Notes: generated by a model not told the origin, from the letters alone. Positions 1 through 12,895 are shown, counted from the first letter of the stretch. The stretch is DNA of 64,000 bases from Mobula hypostoma (GCF_963921235.1 NC_086106.1:33480001-33544000), one strand, 5' to 3'. Numbers and translations: made by a program.

Positions 1-1759
1 CACTTACTACGAATTTCTCTGTGACTTTTTTCTGCTTCCCTAATACAGCTATTCTTGCCTTATCACCTTGACTCCTCTGTCTTCCTTGTCTGATATCCTC
101 ATTGACTCTCCCATTTACTTACACCACAGCGCAAACAGTACATTGACATGACTTTAGCAGTAAGTACTTTCTCCCATTCATGGATGCAAACGTTCACCCT
201 TAAATCTTCAAAATACCGAGGTAAAACGTGGTTTCCTTCAAGGGTATTCACACAAATTGCGCAAAAGGTTTGTCTTCCAGTCCCCAGTGTGGTTCTAAAA
301 CAAGTTGATCGAACAATTAAGCGGAAAGTTATACTCAGAAACTGCAGTACTTTCTCCATTATGGACGGAGTAGAACGCTCTTCGAAATAAGAAAACAAAA
401 TATAACATGCCAATGAATTCTAATAAAGAACATTGTTTTGTGGCTAGCTGTTCAATATTTTAGGTCATATTTTGTGGGAGCGACTCCACTGGAAAAAGGA
501 GAATTTGCCAGTAACGTGAAACCGAAGCGGCCACGCTGACTCCGTAGGTTACCACGTGCCATAAAATATAACGGAAACACGTATTAGCAGGGAGCGCTTG
601 CCACTGAATTGATCTTGAAAATATTAAGACTACTGCGATGTATGAGCCGACACTTGCATTATTTACCACCCAACGCATTCCAGAAAAAATATAAACTGTG
701 GTATTAAAAATACAGTAACATTTGGAGGAGGAATTCAGTTTCAAGTGCGCACGAGCCTTTTGTAATTTTGCTTTATTACTTTTGTTTCGATTCTTGATGC
801 AGCTGTTAAGTCCATTGTTTACCTGTCTTGCATAGAAAATGTGAGCTATTTTCCTAAATTGCTTTAATGCTTCTGGTGAATCATAATTTTCACTGCTGTT
901 GGGTAGCGTGTACGGGATGTAAACCCATCGAAACTGAAGGGAAGGTGCTATACTCTATTTCCTCTGTCCATGGTATTTTGTGTTTTGGGAGGTACTGTCA
1001 AAGTAGCACAGGTGAATAAAAGCAGTCCATTTTGTATATGTTAAACAGTACAGCAACCATGTACCAGAAGCGAATGAAATAAAGGTTTACGGCCCTAAAA
1101 GTTGAGGCGAACAAGATATCACGGCGATCGATACTGGGGCTTCAGATGCTCTTAGTCTATTTCTATGATATTACTGGGGGATACACTGTAATATGTCTGT
1201 TTACTGGGAATACAAACTATGTGGCATCGTGGGCTGTGGGAAAGATTCTGAGAGAATTTTGTGGCATTTAGACAAGATAAGTAAATTGGTAACTAAGCAG
1301 ATTGAATGTAAGGTGGAAAACGTGAGGAAAAATAAATATGACGATAGTGTATTTTATGAATGGTCGGAAACTGAAGAATGTTGGTGTTTGGAGTGGTCTG
1401 AATGTTCTTGTGCATGAACCAATGAATATCCAGAGCAGATTGTTACAATTTATTTTAGTTATTGTCTGGAACCTATGTTGTAGAAATCTCACTTGGCAGT
1501 CGCTGCCAACGTTAGGATATGGTATCGACCTTCCCGCAAGGATACATGGACTGCTTCATTTGATGAGGCGTTGTGATTAGATTTGTCCAATATGCTTACA
1601 TAAACGACCATCTGTGCTTATCATGGAAAGGAGTTTATTAATGAAGCTCCTGAAGTTTACTAAACTGTCCTAACCATCTAATACGATGACGCCATTGTGC
1701 TTGTATAATTGATTTTCATCATTTTCTTTGGTGCAATTAATGGCTCCGACCTTTGCCAA

Positions 1760-1950
1760 ACAACAACACAGAGCCACGGAAGCGCGTCGCTATTACCGCT
1801 CGGAGCATTCTGGAGTTCGGAGTTTAATACCTGCGCTGTTCTGTAAGATGTCTCTACGTTCTGCCCGAGGAATGCACGTTTTTTTTCCCCAGATGCTCCA
1901 GTTTCTTCCCAGAGTCAAAGAAAAACGTACCGGGTTGGTTAATTGGGGTC
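1760..1950 (+). mobile_element. Degenerate tRNA-derived V-SINE
   Basis: GGAGTTCGGAGTT B-box-like head and remnant of the V-domain motif (ccccagatgctccagtttcttccc). Confidence 0.55.
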
Positions 1951-1974
1951 ACTGAGAAGCATAACTCGCATGTG

Positions 1975-4900
1975 TCTGTATCGCAATGGAATAAATGGAA
2001 TTATAGAGGCATGAGAGAGGAGCGTGTCCAGGTAGTTTGGAAGAGGATACTGGTGGGGATGACGACAGAGCAGAGATGGCTGAAGTTTCACAAGGCGCAG
2101 GATAGATATGTTCCAGAGAGAAAGATATTCTCAAATGGCAGATGTAGGCAACTGTGGCTGACAAAGGAAGATAAGAACTGCATAAAAACGAAGGAAAGGG
2201 CATATAAGGTAGTCGAAGTGAATGGGAATTTAGATGGTTGGAAAGCTTTACAAAAGGCAACTAAAAAAATCTATAAGAAGGGTAAAAGTCAAATATGAGG
2301 ACAAACTAGCCAGTAATATAAAGCCGGATATTAAAAGTTTTTTAAATTATATACAGGGTAAAAGGGAGGTGAGAGTTAATATTGGACCATTAGAAAATGA
2401 TGCTGGTAAGGTAGCAATGGGGGCAAAGAAATGTCAGATGAACGTAATGGGTACATTGCATCCATCTTCACTGTGGAAGACACTAGCAGCGTACCATAGA
2501 TCCATGGGCATCAGGGAGCAGGAACGAGTGCCATTGCTATTACAAAGGAAAAAAAAGTGCTAGGCAAACCTAAAGGTCTTAAGACCATAATACCATAAGA
2601 CAAAGGAGCAGAAGTCGGCCATTCGAGTCTGCTCCGCTATTTTATCATGAGCTGATCCATTCTCCCATTTAGTCCCACTCCCTCGCCTTCTCATCATAAT
2701 CTTTGTGCTCTGGCTACTCAGATACCTATCAATCACTGCCTTAAGTACACCCAATGACTTGGCCTCCACTGCTGCCCGTGGCAACAAATTCCATAGATTC
2801 ACCACCCTCTGACTAAAAAAATGTCTTCGCATTTCTGTTCTGAATAGGGGCCCTTCAATCCTTAATTCATGCCCTCTCGTACTAGACCCGCCCCCACCCC
2901 CATCATGGGAAACAACTTTGCCACATCCACTCTGTCCACGCCTTTTAACATTCCAAATGTTTCTATGAGGTCTCCCCTAATTCTCCTATACTCCAAGGAA
3001 TACAGTCCAAGAGCGGACAAACGTTCCTCATATGTTAACCCTTTCATTCCCGGAATCATTCTAGTGAATCTTCTCTGTACCCTCTCCAACGTCAGCACAT
3101 CCTTTCTTAAATAAGGAGACCAAAACTGCCCACAGTACTCCAAGTGAGGTCTCACCAGCGCCTTATAGAACCTCAACATCACATCCCTGCTCCTATACTC
3201 TATTCCTCTAGAAATGAATGCCAACATTGCATTCGCCTTCTTCACCACCGACTCAACCTGGAGGTTAACCTTAAGGGTATCCTGTACGAGGACTCCCAAG
3301 TCCCGTTGCATCTCAGAACTTGGAATTCTTTCCGCATTTAAATAATAGTCTGCCCGTTTATTACTTCTGCCAAAATGCATAACCATACACTTTCCAACAT
3401 TGTATTTCATTTGCCACTTCCTTGCCCATTCTTCCAATCTATCCAAGTCTCTCTGCAGACTCTCTGTTTCCTCAGCACTATCGGCTCCTCCACCTATCTT
3501 CGTATCGTCAGCAAACTTAGCCACAAAGCCATCTATTCCATAATCCAAATCGTTGGATGTACAATGTAGAAAGAAGTGGCCCCAACACGGACCCCTGTGG
3601 AACATCACTAGTAACCGGCAGCCAACCAGAATAGGATCCCTTTATTCCCACTCTCTGTTTCCTGCCAATCATCCAACGCTCTATCCACGTATGTAACTTT
3701 CCCGTAATTCCATGGGCCCTTATCTTGTTAAGTAGCCTCATGTGTGGCACCTTGTCAAAGGCCTTCTGAAAATCCAAATATAGAACATCCACTGCATCTC
3801 CCTTGTCCAGCCTACTTTTAATTTCCTCAAAAAATGTAATAGGTTTGTTAGGCAGGATTTTCCTTTAAGGAATTCATACTGAGTTCTGCCTATCTTGTCA
3901 TATGCCTCCTCGTACTCTGTAACCTCATCCTTGACAATCGACTCCAACAACTTCCCAACCACCGATGTCAAGCTACCAGGTCTATAATTTCCTTTTTGCT
4001 TCCTTGACCCCTTCTTAAATAGCAGAGTGACATTTGCAATCTTCCAGTCCTCCGGAACCATGCCAGAATCTGCCGGCTTTTGAAAGATTATCGCTAATGC
4101 CTCCGCAATCTCCACAGCTACTTCCTTCAGAACACGAGGGTGCATTCCATCTGGTCCGGGAGATTTAACTACCTTTAGACTATTCAGCTTCCTGTCGTAA
4201 TTGTGACTGGGCACACTTCTCTTCCCTGCCACCCTTGAGTGTCCGGTATACTGCTGATGTCTTCCTCAGTGAAGACTGATGCAAAATACTCGTTCAGTTC
4301 CTGAGCCATCTCCTTATCTCCCATTACAATTTCTCCAGCATCATTTTCTATCGGTCCTTTATCTACTCTCACCTGTTGTTTACTCTTAAGGTACGTAAAT
4401 CACCTGGGCTAGATGGTCTACATCCCAGAGTCCTCAGCGAGGTTGCTGAAGAGATAACGGATGCATTGGCCATGATCTTTCAAGAATCACTTGATTCTGG
4501 CATGGTCCCGGAGGACTGGAAGATTGCAAATGTCACTCCACTCTTTAAGAAGGGAGGGTTATAGGCCAGTTAGCCTAACCTTAGTGGACAGGAAAGTGTT
4601 GGAGTCTATAATTAAGGATGAGGTTTAGAGGTATTTGGAGACTGATGATAAAGTTAAGTCAAAGTAAGCATAGTTTCTGTGAAGGGAAATCTTGCCTGAC
4701 AAATCTGTTAGAGTTCTTCGAGGAAGTAACAACCAGGGTGGACAGAGGCGAGGGAGTGGATATCATTTACTTGGATTCTCAGAAGGGGTTTGATAAGCTG
4801 CCACACATGAGGCTGCTCAACAAGATAAAACCCTATCTCGTTACCGGAAAGCTGCTGGCGTGGATTCCAGAATAGCTGACAGGCAGGAGGCAGTGAATGG

Positions 4901-5955
4901 GAATAAAAGAAGCCTTTTTTTATGGTTGGCGGCCGGTGACTAGTGGTGTTCCTCGGGGGTCAGTAATAGGACAGCTGCTTTTCATATTGTTTATCAGTGG
5001 TTTACATAGTCGAATTGATGGCGTCGTGGTAGAATTTGCGGATGATACGAAGATAGTTGGAGGATTAGGTAGTGCTGAGGAAGCAATGCAATTGCAGCAG
5101 GGCTTAGATAAATTGGAATAATGGGGAAAAAGTGGCAAATGGAACACAGGGTTGGGAAATATATGATAATACATTTTGGTAAAAGGAACAACAGTGCGGA
5201 CTATTATCTAAATGGGTAGAAGTTTCAAATATCAGAGGTGCAGAGGGACTTAGGAGTCCTCGTGCAAGTCTCCCAGAAGGTTAATTTACAGGTTGAGTCT
5301 GTGGTAAAGAAGGCAAATGCAATGTTGGCATTTATTTCAAGGGGAATAGAATATAAAAGCAAGGAGTTTGTGCTGAGCCTTTATAAGACACCAGTGAGGT
5401 CGCAGTTTATGTATTGTCAACAGTTTTGGGCCGCATATCTCAGAAAGGATGTGTTGTCATTGGAGAGAGTCCAGAGGTGGTTCACGAGGATGATTCCAGA
5501 GATGACGGGAAGTACATATGCGGAGCGTATAGTAGCTTTGGGACTATACGCACTGGAATTGAGAAGAATGCGTGTGGATCTCATTGAAACCTACCTAATG
5601 TTGAAAGGACGGGTTACAGTGATGTGGAAAGGATGTTTTCTATGGTGGGGGTATCGAGAACAAGATGGCACAGCCTCAACATTGACGGGCGACCCTTAGA
5701 ACAGAGGTAAGGAGGAATTCTTTCAGCCAGAGCGTAGTACATCTGTGGAATGCTCTGCTACAAACTGCGGTGGAGGCCGTCCGTGCATATAGCTAAGGCG
5801 GAAGGTGATCGTTTCCCGATCTGTCCGGGCATCAAAGGATATGGCGAAAAGACAGGCGTATGGGGTTGAGTGGGATCCGGGATCAGCCATGATGGAATGG
5901 CGGAGCAGACTCGATGGGCTGAATGGCCTAATTCTGTTCCTATGTCTTATGGTTT
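1975..5955 (+). mobile_element. CR1 LINE ORF2 fragment (host), interrupted at 2584-4383 by an antisense CR1
   Basis: Left part ends ...KGLK at 2583; right part resumes VRKSPGLDGLHPRVL at 4391. RT motifs FADDTK and QRDLGVLV; 3' tail attctgttcctatgtcttatgg at ~5930-5955. Confidence 0.9.
2584..4383 (-). mobile_element. 5'-truncated CR1 LINE (RT and 3' UTR) nested in another CR1
   Basis: ORFs 2862-3608, 3517-3792 and 3738-4232 carry YLDFQKAFDKV, VPQGSVLGP and FADDTK; (TCTTATGG)n tail at the left end. Confidence 0.93.
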
Positions 5956-6419
5956 TTGATCTTACTGTAAAATTGACCCGGAATTAGGTTAGGGTTAATC
6001 AGAGTTGTGCAGCTTTTGGGGTGACGTTGCTCGAAAGACAGAAATAGCCTACTCTGCGCTGTATCGCTAAATGAATGCATCACGGTTCGCTGTATAATGG
6101 GATCTAATGGTCCAAGCGATTGACAGAACTATGTTGACTTCGCAGCTTCCTGTGAATTACATTTCAGTTTCTCCATAAAACAGCTACGTCTGAAATCCTT
6201 AAACTCCCCGTAGATAGTCGTGGATGTTATGTTTTGTTGTGAGATCCAGGCCGAGGACCATCAACACCATGCGAGAGAAAAAAAACTGACACTCAAGTTG
6301 AAGGCGTTCCACTCAGACATTTTTTCTCCAGTCCAGATCAAATAGCTGCTGATGGTACGGAGGATTTCAATACTTACTTAACTGTGACTCACATCAGTTA
6401 GTTGGACCTACATTTCTTT

Positions 6420-6650
6420 AAATATTCTAATATATAGGGCAGAATAGGACCTTCCGGCCATTCGGGCAGCGCCCAGTGACTCCCGATATAACCCTAGCCT
6501 AATCACTGGACAATTTACAATGACCGATTAACTTAGTAACCGGTAAATCTTCGGACTGTGGAAGGAAATCGGAGTAATAGGAGGAAATCCACGCATTGCA
6601 CAGAGAGGACGTACAAAATCCTGACAGAGGATGACCCCACCCAGTTATTC
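6420..6650 (-). mobile_element. V-SINE (HE1-like)
   Basis: Reverse complement contains tgcgtggatttcctcc...ctccgatttccttccacagtccgaaga, the V-SINE central domain. Confidence 0.65.
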
Positions 6651-7143
6651 ATGCCAAACACATCGGAGACTCATCGCTAAACCATCGGTCTATTACCTGT
6701 GAGCTATTACTACGCTAATTCGAATGTATTGATTATACTCCACTTGAGCTTAAACAAGTCTGTTTACAAGTGTGGTCCATTAAACAATCTTAGAATATAA
6801 TCAGAAACGCCAAGAACGGACTCCAGTCATATTGTCATTCATCATTTAATGTACGTACGCATTCCTTCAGCTTTACCCTATTTAGCTCCTATTGGTGAGG
6901 CAAATTAATATTATAATGCAGCTTGGCTTCTCAGGTTCAACAGAGATCCGTTTACATCTCATGAATTTTAGTTGACGCTCATATATGTTATTTTAGTGGA
7001 CCACCAGAGAGGTCTGATTACAACTATAGTACATTACAATGATCGTTTCAGTCTGCTTATTGCCGACCTTTGTTGTATTTTTATCTCTTGACTGGGATGT
7101 AAAGCACGGAATGGATGTGAGCCTTTTGGCAAATTGTACTTAC

Positions 7144-7461
7144 CTTTCGGGGTGCTGATGTTTGCTTTCACAGTAGATTGTGAAGGTGGGTGCGTGACGA
7201 CACAGGAGTATGTTGCGTCCTTCTTCCAATCGGCTGAAGTCAAGTAAAGGAGGCTTCTGGTGTTGAAGGTCATGTCCTGTTGAAGTGCAGTGGGGAAGCT
7301 GGTAGCGTTCGAGTAGAATGCGGCTCCGTCCTTCTGCCACAAAACGGTTATGTCATCGGGGTAGAATCCCGTTATCGTGCATGTGAGCGTAACGATACCC
7401 GCAGTTTTAATCTCCTCTGGAGACGGGGGCAAGAGGCGTACCCTTGGTTCCACTGCTTTGA
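7144..7461 (-). CDS. IgNAR: IgNAR constant domain C3 exon (106 codons)
   Basis: ctcttgcag|TC acceptor, G|gtaagt donor, 318 nt. Encodes VKAVEPRVRLLPPSPEEIK...TLTCTITGFYPDDITVLWQKD...FPTALQQDMTFNTRSLL...HPPSQSTVK, matching IgNAR C3. Confidence 0.96.
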
Positions 7462-7849
7462 CTGCAAGAGAAGGTCGACCAGTGTTAATCTCCAAAAACT
7501 GTCTTTCCGAAATGTGGTTGAAATGAAACGGTGCAAATAATCAGCTGGACTTGTAGGATCTCCGGAGAAGAAACATTGCCCCCTTTCTATTTGACAAGAT
7601 TTCTAACAAAGCGCTTGTCAAGTTGTTTAAGACTCCATGGTGAGCAGTCTACTTGTTAGTGAGCTACTAAGGGTAATGGCGACAATAACTTTCTGTTCGG
7701 AATTATGCTACGTGCGGCGTACCACAGTACTGTGATCTTTGTCGTTTGTGATAGAAATAACGATTTGCATGTGCTTATAGGAAGTATAATTTTTGAGGTT
7801 ATGGTTGACACTAAACTTGCTGAATCGTGAGGCCTGGTGTCTAAGCCTG

Positions 7850-8490
7850 TGACACGACACAGATCAAATAGAAAGTTGCACGTGCAGCGGCAGATGAACT
7901 TTAATTGCTCATTATTAAGAAACGTTTATGAACAGAGAGATATTGGAGTTCAAGTCCATAGTACCCTGAAAGCAGCAGCACCGCTAGATGGAATGTTGAC
8001 CAAGGATCACGACATACTTGCCTTCTTAGATCGGGGTTTAGCACGTGAAAGTTGGGAAATTCTGTTTTAAATTTACCAAACACTCGTGCACTCCCGTTTG
8101 AAATACGGAGTTCAGTTCTGGTCGCCGCTTTATAAGATAAATGCGCTGGAAAGGGTGCATATGATATTCAACTGTATGTTAACTGGATTGGAGAACCTCA
8201 TGGCGAGCAATTGGATAGGCTGGGCTTATTTTCTCTGGAGTGAAGGGAACTGAGGATTGACCCAATGAAACCAGATACAATTATTAGCGACAAAGATAGG
8301 CTAAATAGACAAAATCGTTCCTTATTACTAGGCTATGAAATCCAAAGGGAACACATGCTTAAGTTAAGAGAAGGAGCTTTAGGGAAAGGTATATCAGAGG
8401 AAATTGTTGCTATCTGGATCGTGCTGGACGTGGACGTGGTCACTACATTGAGAAAATATTTGGACGATCACTGAAGTAGGAAAGATATTT
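7850..8490 (+). mobile_element. Degraded CR1 3' fragment in C2-C3 intron
   Basis: QRDIGVQVHSTLK, then remnants of the YxVQFWSP...ERV region. Confidence 0.7.
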
Positions 8491-8859
8491 AAAGAATTAT
8501 TTTCTATTACTACACATTGGATTGAGATAGATGTGAAACAGCTTTTAATATGGATTTCAGAGGGCCGGCTGTATTTGTGTTGTGTGATTTTATGACTCTG
8601 CGATAATTGAGTGTGGTAGCACAGGGATACCGCTATTAGTATATCTGACACAAATCTCTAGAAACCTGGTTTCGGTATTGACCTGCTCCGCTGGATTTTA
8701 TACGGTTGTCGAGTGACTGCTCGCGTTTAATTTAGGTTCTTCAAATCCCATGTCGGCGAACATGCAGGTGCTAGCTACGTTGACTAGTATAACTTACTCT
8801 TAATGTGGAGGTGGAGGGTAGACTCTGTGAGGAGTTGTTGAAACTACAAAACAATTTTT

Positions 8860-8970
8860 AAAAAATGTAGTCCTGACGAAAGGTCGCGGCCTGAAACGTC
8901 GACTGTACCTCTTCCTAGAGATGCTGCCTGGCCTGCTGCGTTCACCAGCAACTTTGATGTGTGTTGTTTA
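8860..8970 (+). mobile_element. Penelope-like element 3' terminal repeat
   Basis: ...gaaacgtcgactgtacctcttcctagagatgctgcctggcctgctgcgttcaccagcaactttgatgtgtgttg; the same terminus occurs at other Penelope copies in this window. Confidence 0.75.
8868..8905 (+). ncRNA. Minimal type I hammerhead ribozyme motif within a Penelope-like 3' terminus
   Basis: TAGTC-CTGACGA-A-AGGT-cgcg-GCCT-GAAA-C-GTC|GACTG. Shows stem I (UAGUC/GACUG), core CUGANGA and GAAA, a 4-bp stem II, palindromic ACGU stem III and a GUC cleavage triplet ending at 8900. Confidence 0.75.
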
Positions 8971-9281
8971 AAAAATGTAGAATTCCTTAGTGCCGATGCG
9001 CACTCTGTTTTACTGGGCCGAAGAGGCTGCCCCTATGTTCTAGGACCCTATATCTCCAACGTTTCGTTTAATAATGCATTGGGGAAACTTTATCGGTGCA
9101 CTAATTATCGCAACGCCCGTCTTCCCCTGAATTATATAACGCCTTACAACTCTACCAGAGGCCAACTCGCTCACCGTCATGCCTGTTCTCCTCTGCAATC
9201 TGCTGACTGACTTTCAGCAGTTTCTGTTCCTCTTTCTGCATCTGCACTGCTTTGCATTTCGATTGTTGTTATTGCACCCAC

Positions 9282-9584
9282 CTTTTGCGTTTTGTGTCCT
9301 TTTTGATAGGGGAGCAGCTGATTGATTGTCCTGCACCGAGCAGGAGTATTCTACCCCGCTGTCCCACTCGGCCACGCTGCTGGTCAAACGGCCGACTGTC
9401 AAGTACTGACTCCCGATCTTTGCTGCTTGTTCTGTTTGAACACCATCAGCTCTTTCCTTCCCACCCACTGTCCAAGAGATGGAAACCTCAGCTGGAGTTG
9501 TAGCGATCACTTCACACACCAGTGTGGCAGTTTTGTTTATCCACATTTCTTCAACGGTAGGATCTCTGAGAAATAATGCGAAAC
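9282..9584 (-). CDS. IgNAR: IgNAR constant domain C2 exon (101 codons)
   Basis: gttctag|GT acceptor, G|gtgggt donor, 303 nt. Encodes GFALFLRDPTVEEMWINKTATLVCEV...EWDSGVEYSCSVQDNQSAAPLSKRTQNAK; LRDPTVEExWxxKxATLxCEV is the IgNAR C2 signature. Confidence 0.95.
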
Positions 9585-10417
9585 CTAGAACACAAGATTG
9601 AGAGGATGACTTATTGATGACGAACCTGAAACTTAGCAATGATTTCAATTTAGTAGTAAAGAAGGGCGAAGGGACAGATACATTCGGACATTCCCTGAAA
9701 GGACGACATGATAAGATACCGGAGTGGCTTGTGGCAGAATAGTCAGAGGTATGGAGCTATCCAGAGAGGCAGACTGAGCGAGGACAGAACACAGAAAGTT
9801 AGAACGTGGAAGCGAATATTAGATGGAAAAAGGCAGCGTCTAAGATCATTCCATGTATTTATACAAAAATGAAAGACCAGTTTAGCACGAGATTTAACTG
9901 TTGAAGTCTTCCGGTGGCTGCCTCGACTACTTTCTCCCTTTCATTTATTTCTTTTCCAACACTTTCCTTATTGCATGCTATTCCAGCCAGAAATATAACA
10001 TATCAGCCCTAACGTGCTGCGAAATTTAAAGAGGATCGCAGCAGATTTCCTCATCCCTTGCCCTTGCTTCTCTTTTAAGATGCCCGGATTCCTTAGAATC
10101 GTTTCGGATACACAAATTCTATTCGATGCATTAACGTGATCGGAAAACAATATTCACTGACGCACCATGACATATTATGACTACAGTTTCCAAGATTTGT
10201 TTGGAATTCTTACCTCTGATATTTCACGTTTGCTCCCTAAACCTTCAGAATCACATTCCTGTCTGTCCCTTATCCAAACTTTATATTGACGGTCATCTCA
10301 ACCTTTACTAGTCTGGTTCTTTTTAAATCTCTTTGATAAATGATCACAACCCAACAACTGTAAAACTGAGGATGAAAGTGGAAATATTTCACCTGTAAAT
10401 TGGGAACTCCCTCTCAC

Positions 10418-10738
10418 CTGACTCAGCTCGTATTTCTTTGTGGATGTTGCTGCTGGTTGCAGAGTGGGATACTTGGCACGAGTACACAGCACCACTGGCC
10501 CATTCGTTCACAGGCACTTTGAGCACACTTGTTGACGTAAACGTTTCGTCTGATGTTTTAGCCGGAGGACTGGTGGTAAAGCCGGACCGTACAGCTTGTC
10601 CGTTTTTCTGCCAGCTCACTGCGATGTTTTCAGGTAGGTATTCGCTCATGACACAAATCAATTCCACAGAACCCCGTGCCTTTTTTTCGTCAGTTGCAGA
10701 ATAGACAAGATTGATATTTGGTGCTATCGGTTGCCTTG
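10418..10738 (-). CDS. IgNAR: IgNAR constant domain C1 exon (107 codons)
   Basis: ttttag|CA acceptor, G|gtgaga donor, 321 nt phase 1/1. Encodes ARQPIAPNINLVYSATDEKKARGSVELICVMSEYLPENIAVSWQKN...VYSCQVSHSATSSNIHKEIRAES, matching nurse shark C1 motifs (PENIAVSWQKN, VYSCQVSHSATSSN). Confidence 0.96.
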
Positions 10739-11079
10739 CTAAAATTAACAAAAATACAAGACTTACTTCTACTGATTTGGTTAGACACTTAACACTGTCC
10801 TGCAAAATATTCATCTCAGAAACTTAGCTGAAATAATTCGATCAAGTTTACGTTTTTCATCGTGAGATCATGTTAAGCATAACTATAATATTCCTTACAT
10901 CAAGAGCTTAGCGCTTCTAAGACGTTTTGGCTGAAGGTATTCAAGCTGCGGTATTTCCTTCAGTATAATGGTATCAGAGCTTACAGTGAATATTTCGTGT
11001 ACCTTGAATGGTACCTTGAAATTTCGCCTGATAAATTCTTGGCGTTACAAAGGTGGTCACGAAGCAACACAGAGAAGAA

Positions 11080-11965
11080 AGATTGAAAATCCAGCTGCCA
11101 GAATAACAATCTTTCACTCAATATCAGCAACACCAAGGAGCTGATTATTGACTGCAGGAGGAACAGACCGCGGGTCTATGAGCCAGTCCTCATCTTGGGA
11201 GAGAATCACCAACTTCAAATTCCTCAACCTACACGGAATCCAAGCTCGTAAGTGTCATTAGAAAGAAAACATAGCAGTGGAACTGCTTTCTTAGAAGTTT
11301 GAGAAGATTCAGCATGTCACCTAAAACTTTAACAAACTTATGTAGATGTGTGGCAGAATATACCATTGGAAATACCAATGCCCTTTAGTGAAAAGCCTAC
11401 AAAAGAGGTTGTGGATACTGGCCAGTTCATCACGAGTAAATCTCCCACCCCCGCCCACCATTAAGCTCATCTATATGGATGGCTGTCACAGGAAAGCAGT
11501 ATTTATCTTCAAGGACCGCCACCATCCGGGCGACACTCTCTTATTGCTACCGCGATCAGAAAGGAGGTACAAAAGCCTCAGAACCCAAACCATCAGATTC
11601 AGAAACAATTATTACCCCTTCAACATCATGTTTTTGAACCAGAAAGGATACCTTCACTCAACTTCATTCACCCTGATCCTGAGCTTTTCCCACAAACCAC
11701 AGCTCACTGTAAAAAAATCATCTCATGTTGTCGATGTTTATTGTTTATTTATTTATTATTGTTATTTTATTTGCTTTTTAAATTGATTTGCGCAGTTTGT
11801 GTTCTGCCCATTGGTTGTTAATCTTGATGTGTACCGGTTTTCATTGATTTTATTCTGTTCAATAATATCAATGAAATTCATTTAATATGAATACCCGCAA
11901 GAAAATTAACTTCAGGCTTGTATATAATGACGTATATGTACTTTGATTAGACTTTGAACTTTGCA
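11080..11965 (+). mobile_element. Rex1/Babar-type LINE 3' fragment in J-C intron
   Basis: NNLSLNISNTKELIID, FLRSLRRFSMSPKTLTN, and an (actttg)n tail. Confidence 0.8.
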
Positions 11966-12637
11966 CTTTGATGATCATGATGTACTTAATACTCGCAGCA
12001 AAAATATGAGTAGTGCAAAGTTTGTTAAAAGGTGATCATATCTGAAACGTCGTCAATCTGCCCATAGCACACAACACTGTATTTTATAATCTGCACAATT
12101 ACATTTTTTCAAACTGCACCTTAATGTTGATGAGTGTCGAGGTGTACTGAATATGGGAATCAACATGGCAAGTTTACAGTGTGCCCGCTGAGATGAACCT
12201 GGCATTAGATAGCATTGATCATTATGCCACTTTAATTCTCCAAGTCCACCCTGCCCATTAAGTATCCCGTTTTACACTACGAGAGACAATTTCCAGTGCC
12301 CGGTGGGATGAAACTGAAGCAAACTCGTGAAATGCGCCGTTTGTGTCAAATCAAATTAGCCAGGAATATACTGGGCAGCCTGCAAAAATTGCCGTTTCCG
12401 GCGCCGACATAGCACGCCCACACTCACTAACCCTAAGCGTAATGACGGACGAGAATATACAAACTCCTGACAGACAGGAATTGAACCCCAGTCTTATAGC
12501 TGACACTGTAATTGCGTTATTCCAACTGCTCGCTAGAATCACATGGATAGGTGTTGGGTCCCAAATATTTATAATTGGTCTGAACGATAAGGACGAAGGC
12601 AACATGGATATTTAGAAAGGGTTTTGGAGAAGTAGAA

Positions 12638-12895
12638 GGCACACGGTAGCTCAGCAGTTATCGCAATGCTATTGTCATTCGGCGAGTCTGATTTTGGAGT
12701 TCAATGAGGAGTTTGCTTGGTCTCCCGAGACCGTGTGGGTTTCCTCCTGATACTCTAATTAACTCCTACACACCAGTTAGTAAATTGTCCTATGGTTAGG
12801 TTAGGATTAAAAAGGAGAGTTGCAGGGAGGTGTGACTAGTTGCGAAAGAAGGTCCTTTCTGTGCTATATCTCTGAATAAAATAAAGGCAATAAGC
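12638..12895 (+). mobile_element. V-SINE
   Basis: ggcacacggtagctcagcagtta A-box head, cgtgtgggtttcctcctg V-domain, aataaaataaa tail. Confidence 0.7.

Noticed and set aside
1121-1150. AIDTGAS aspartic-protease-like motif
   Set aside because: Bounded by stops, with no correctly spaced second motif and no adjacent gag or RT; too short to call.
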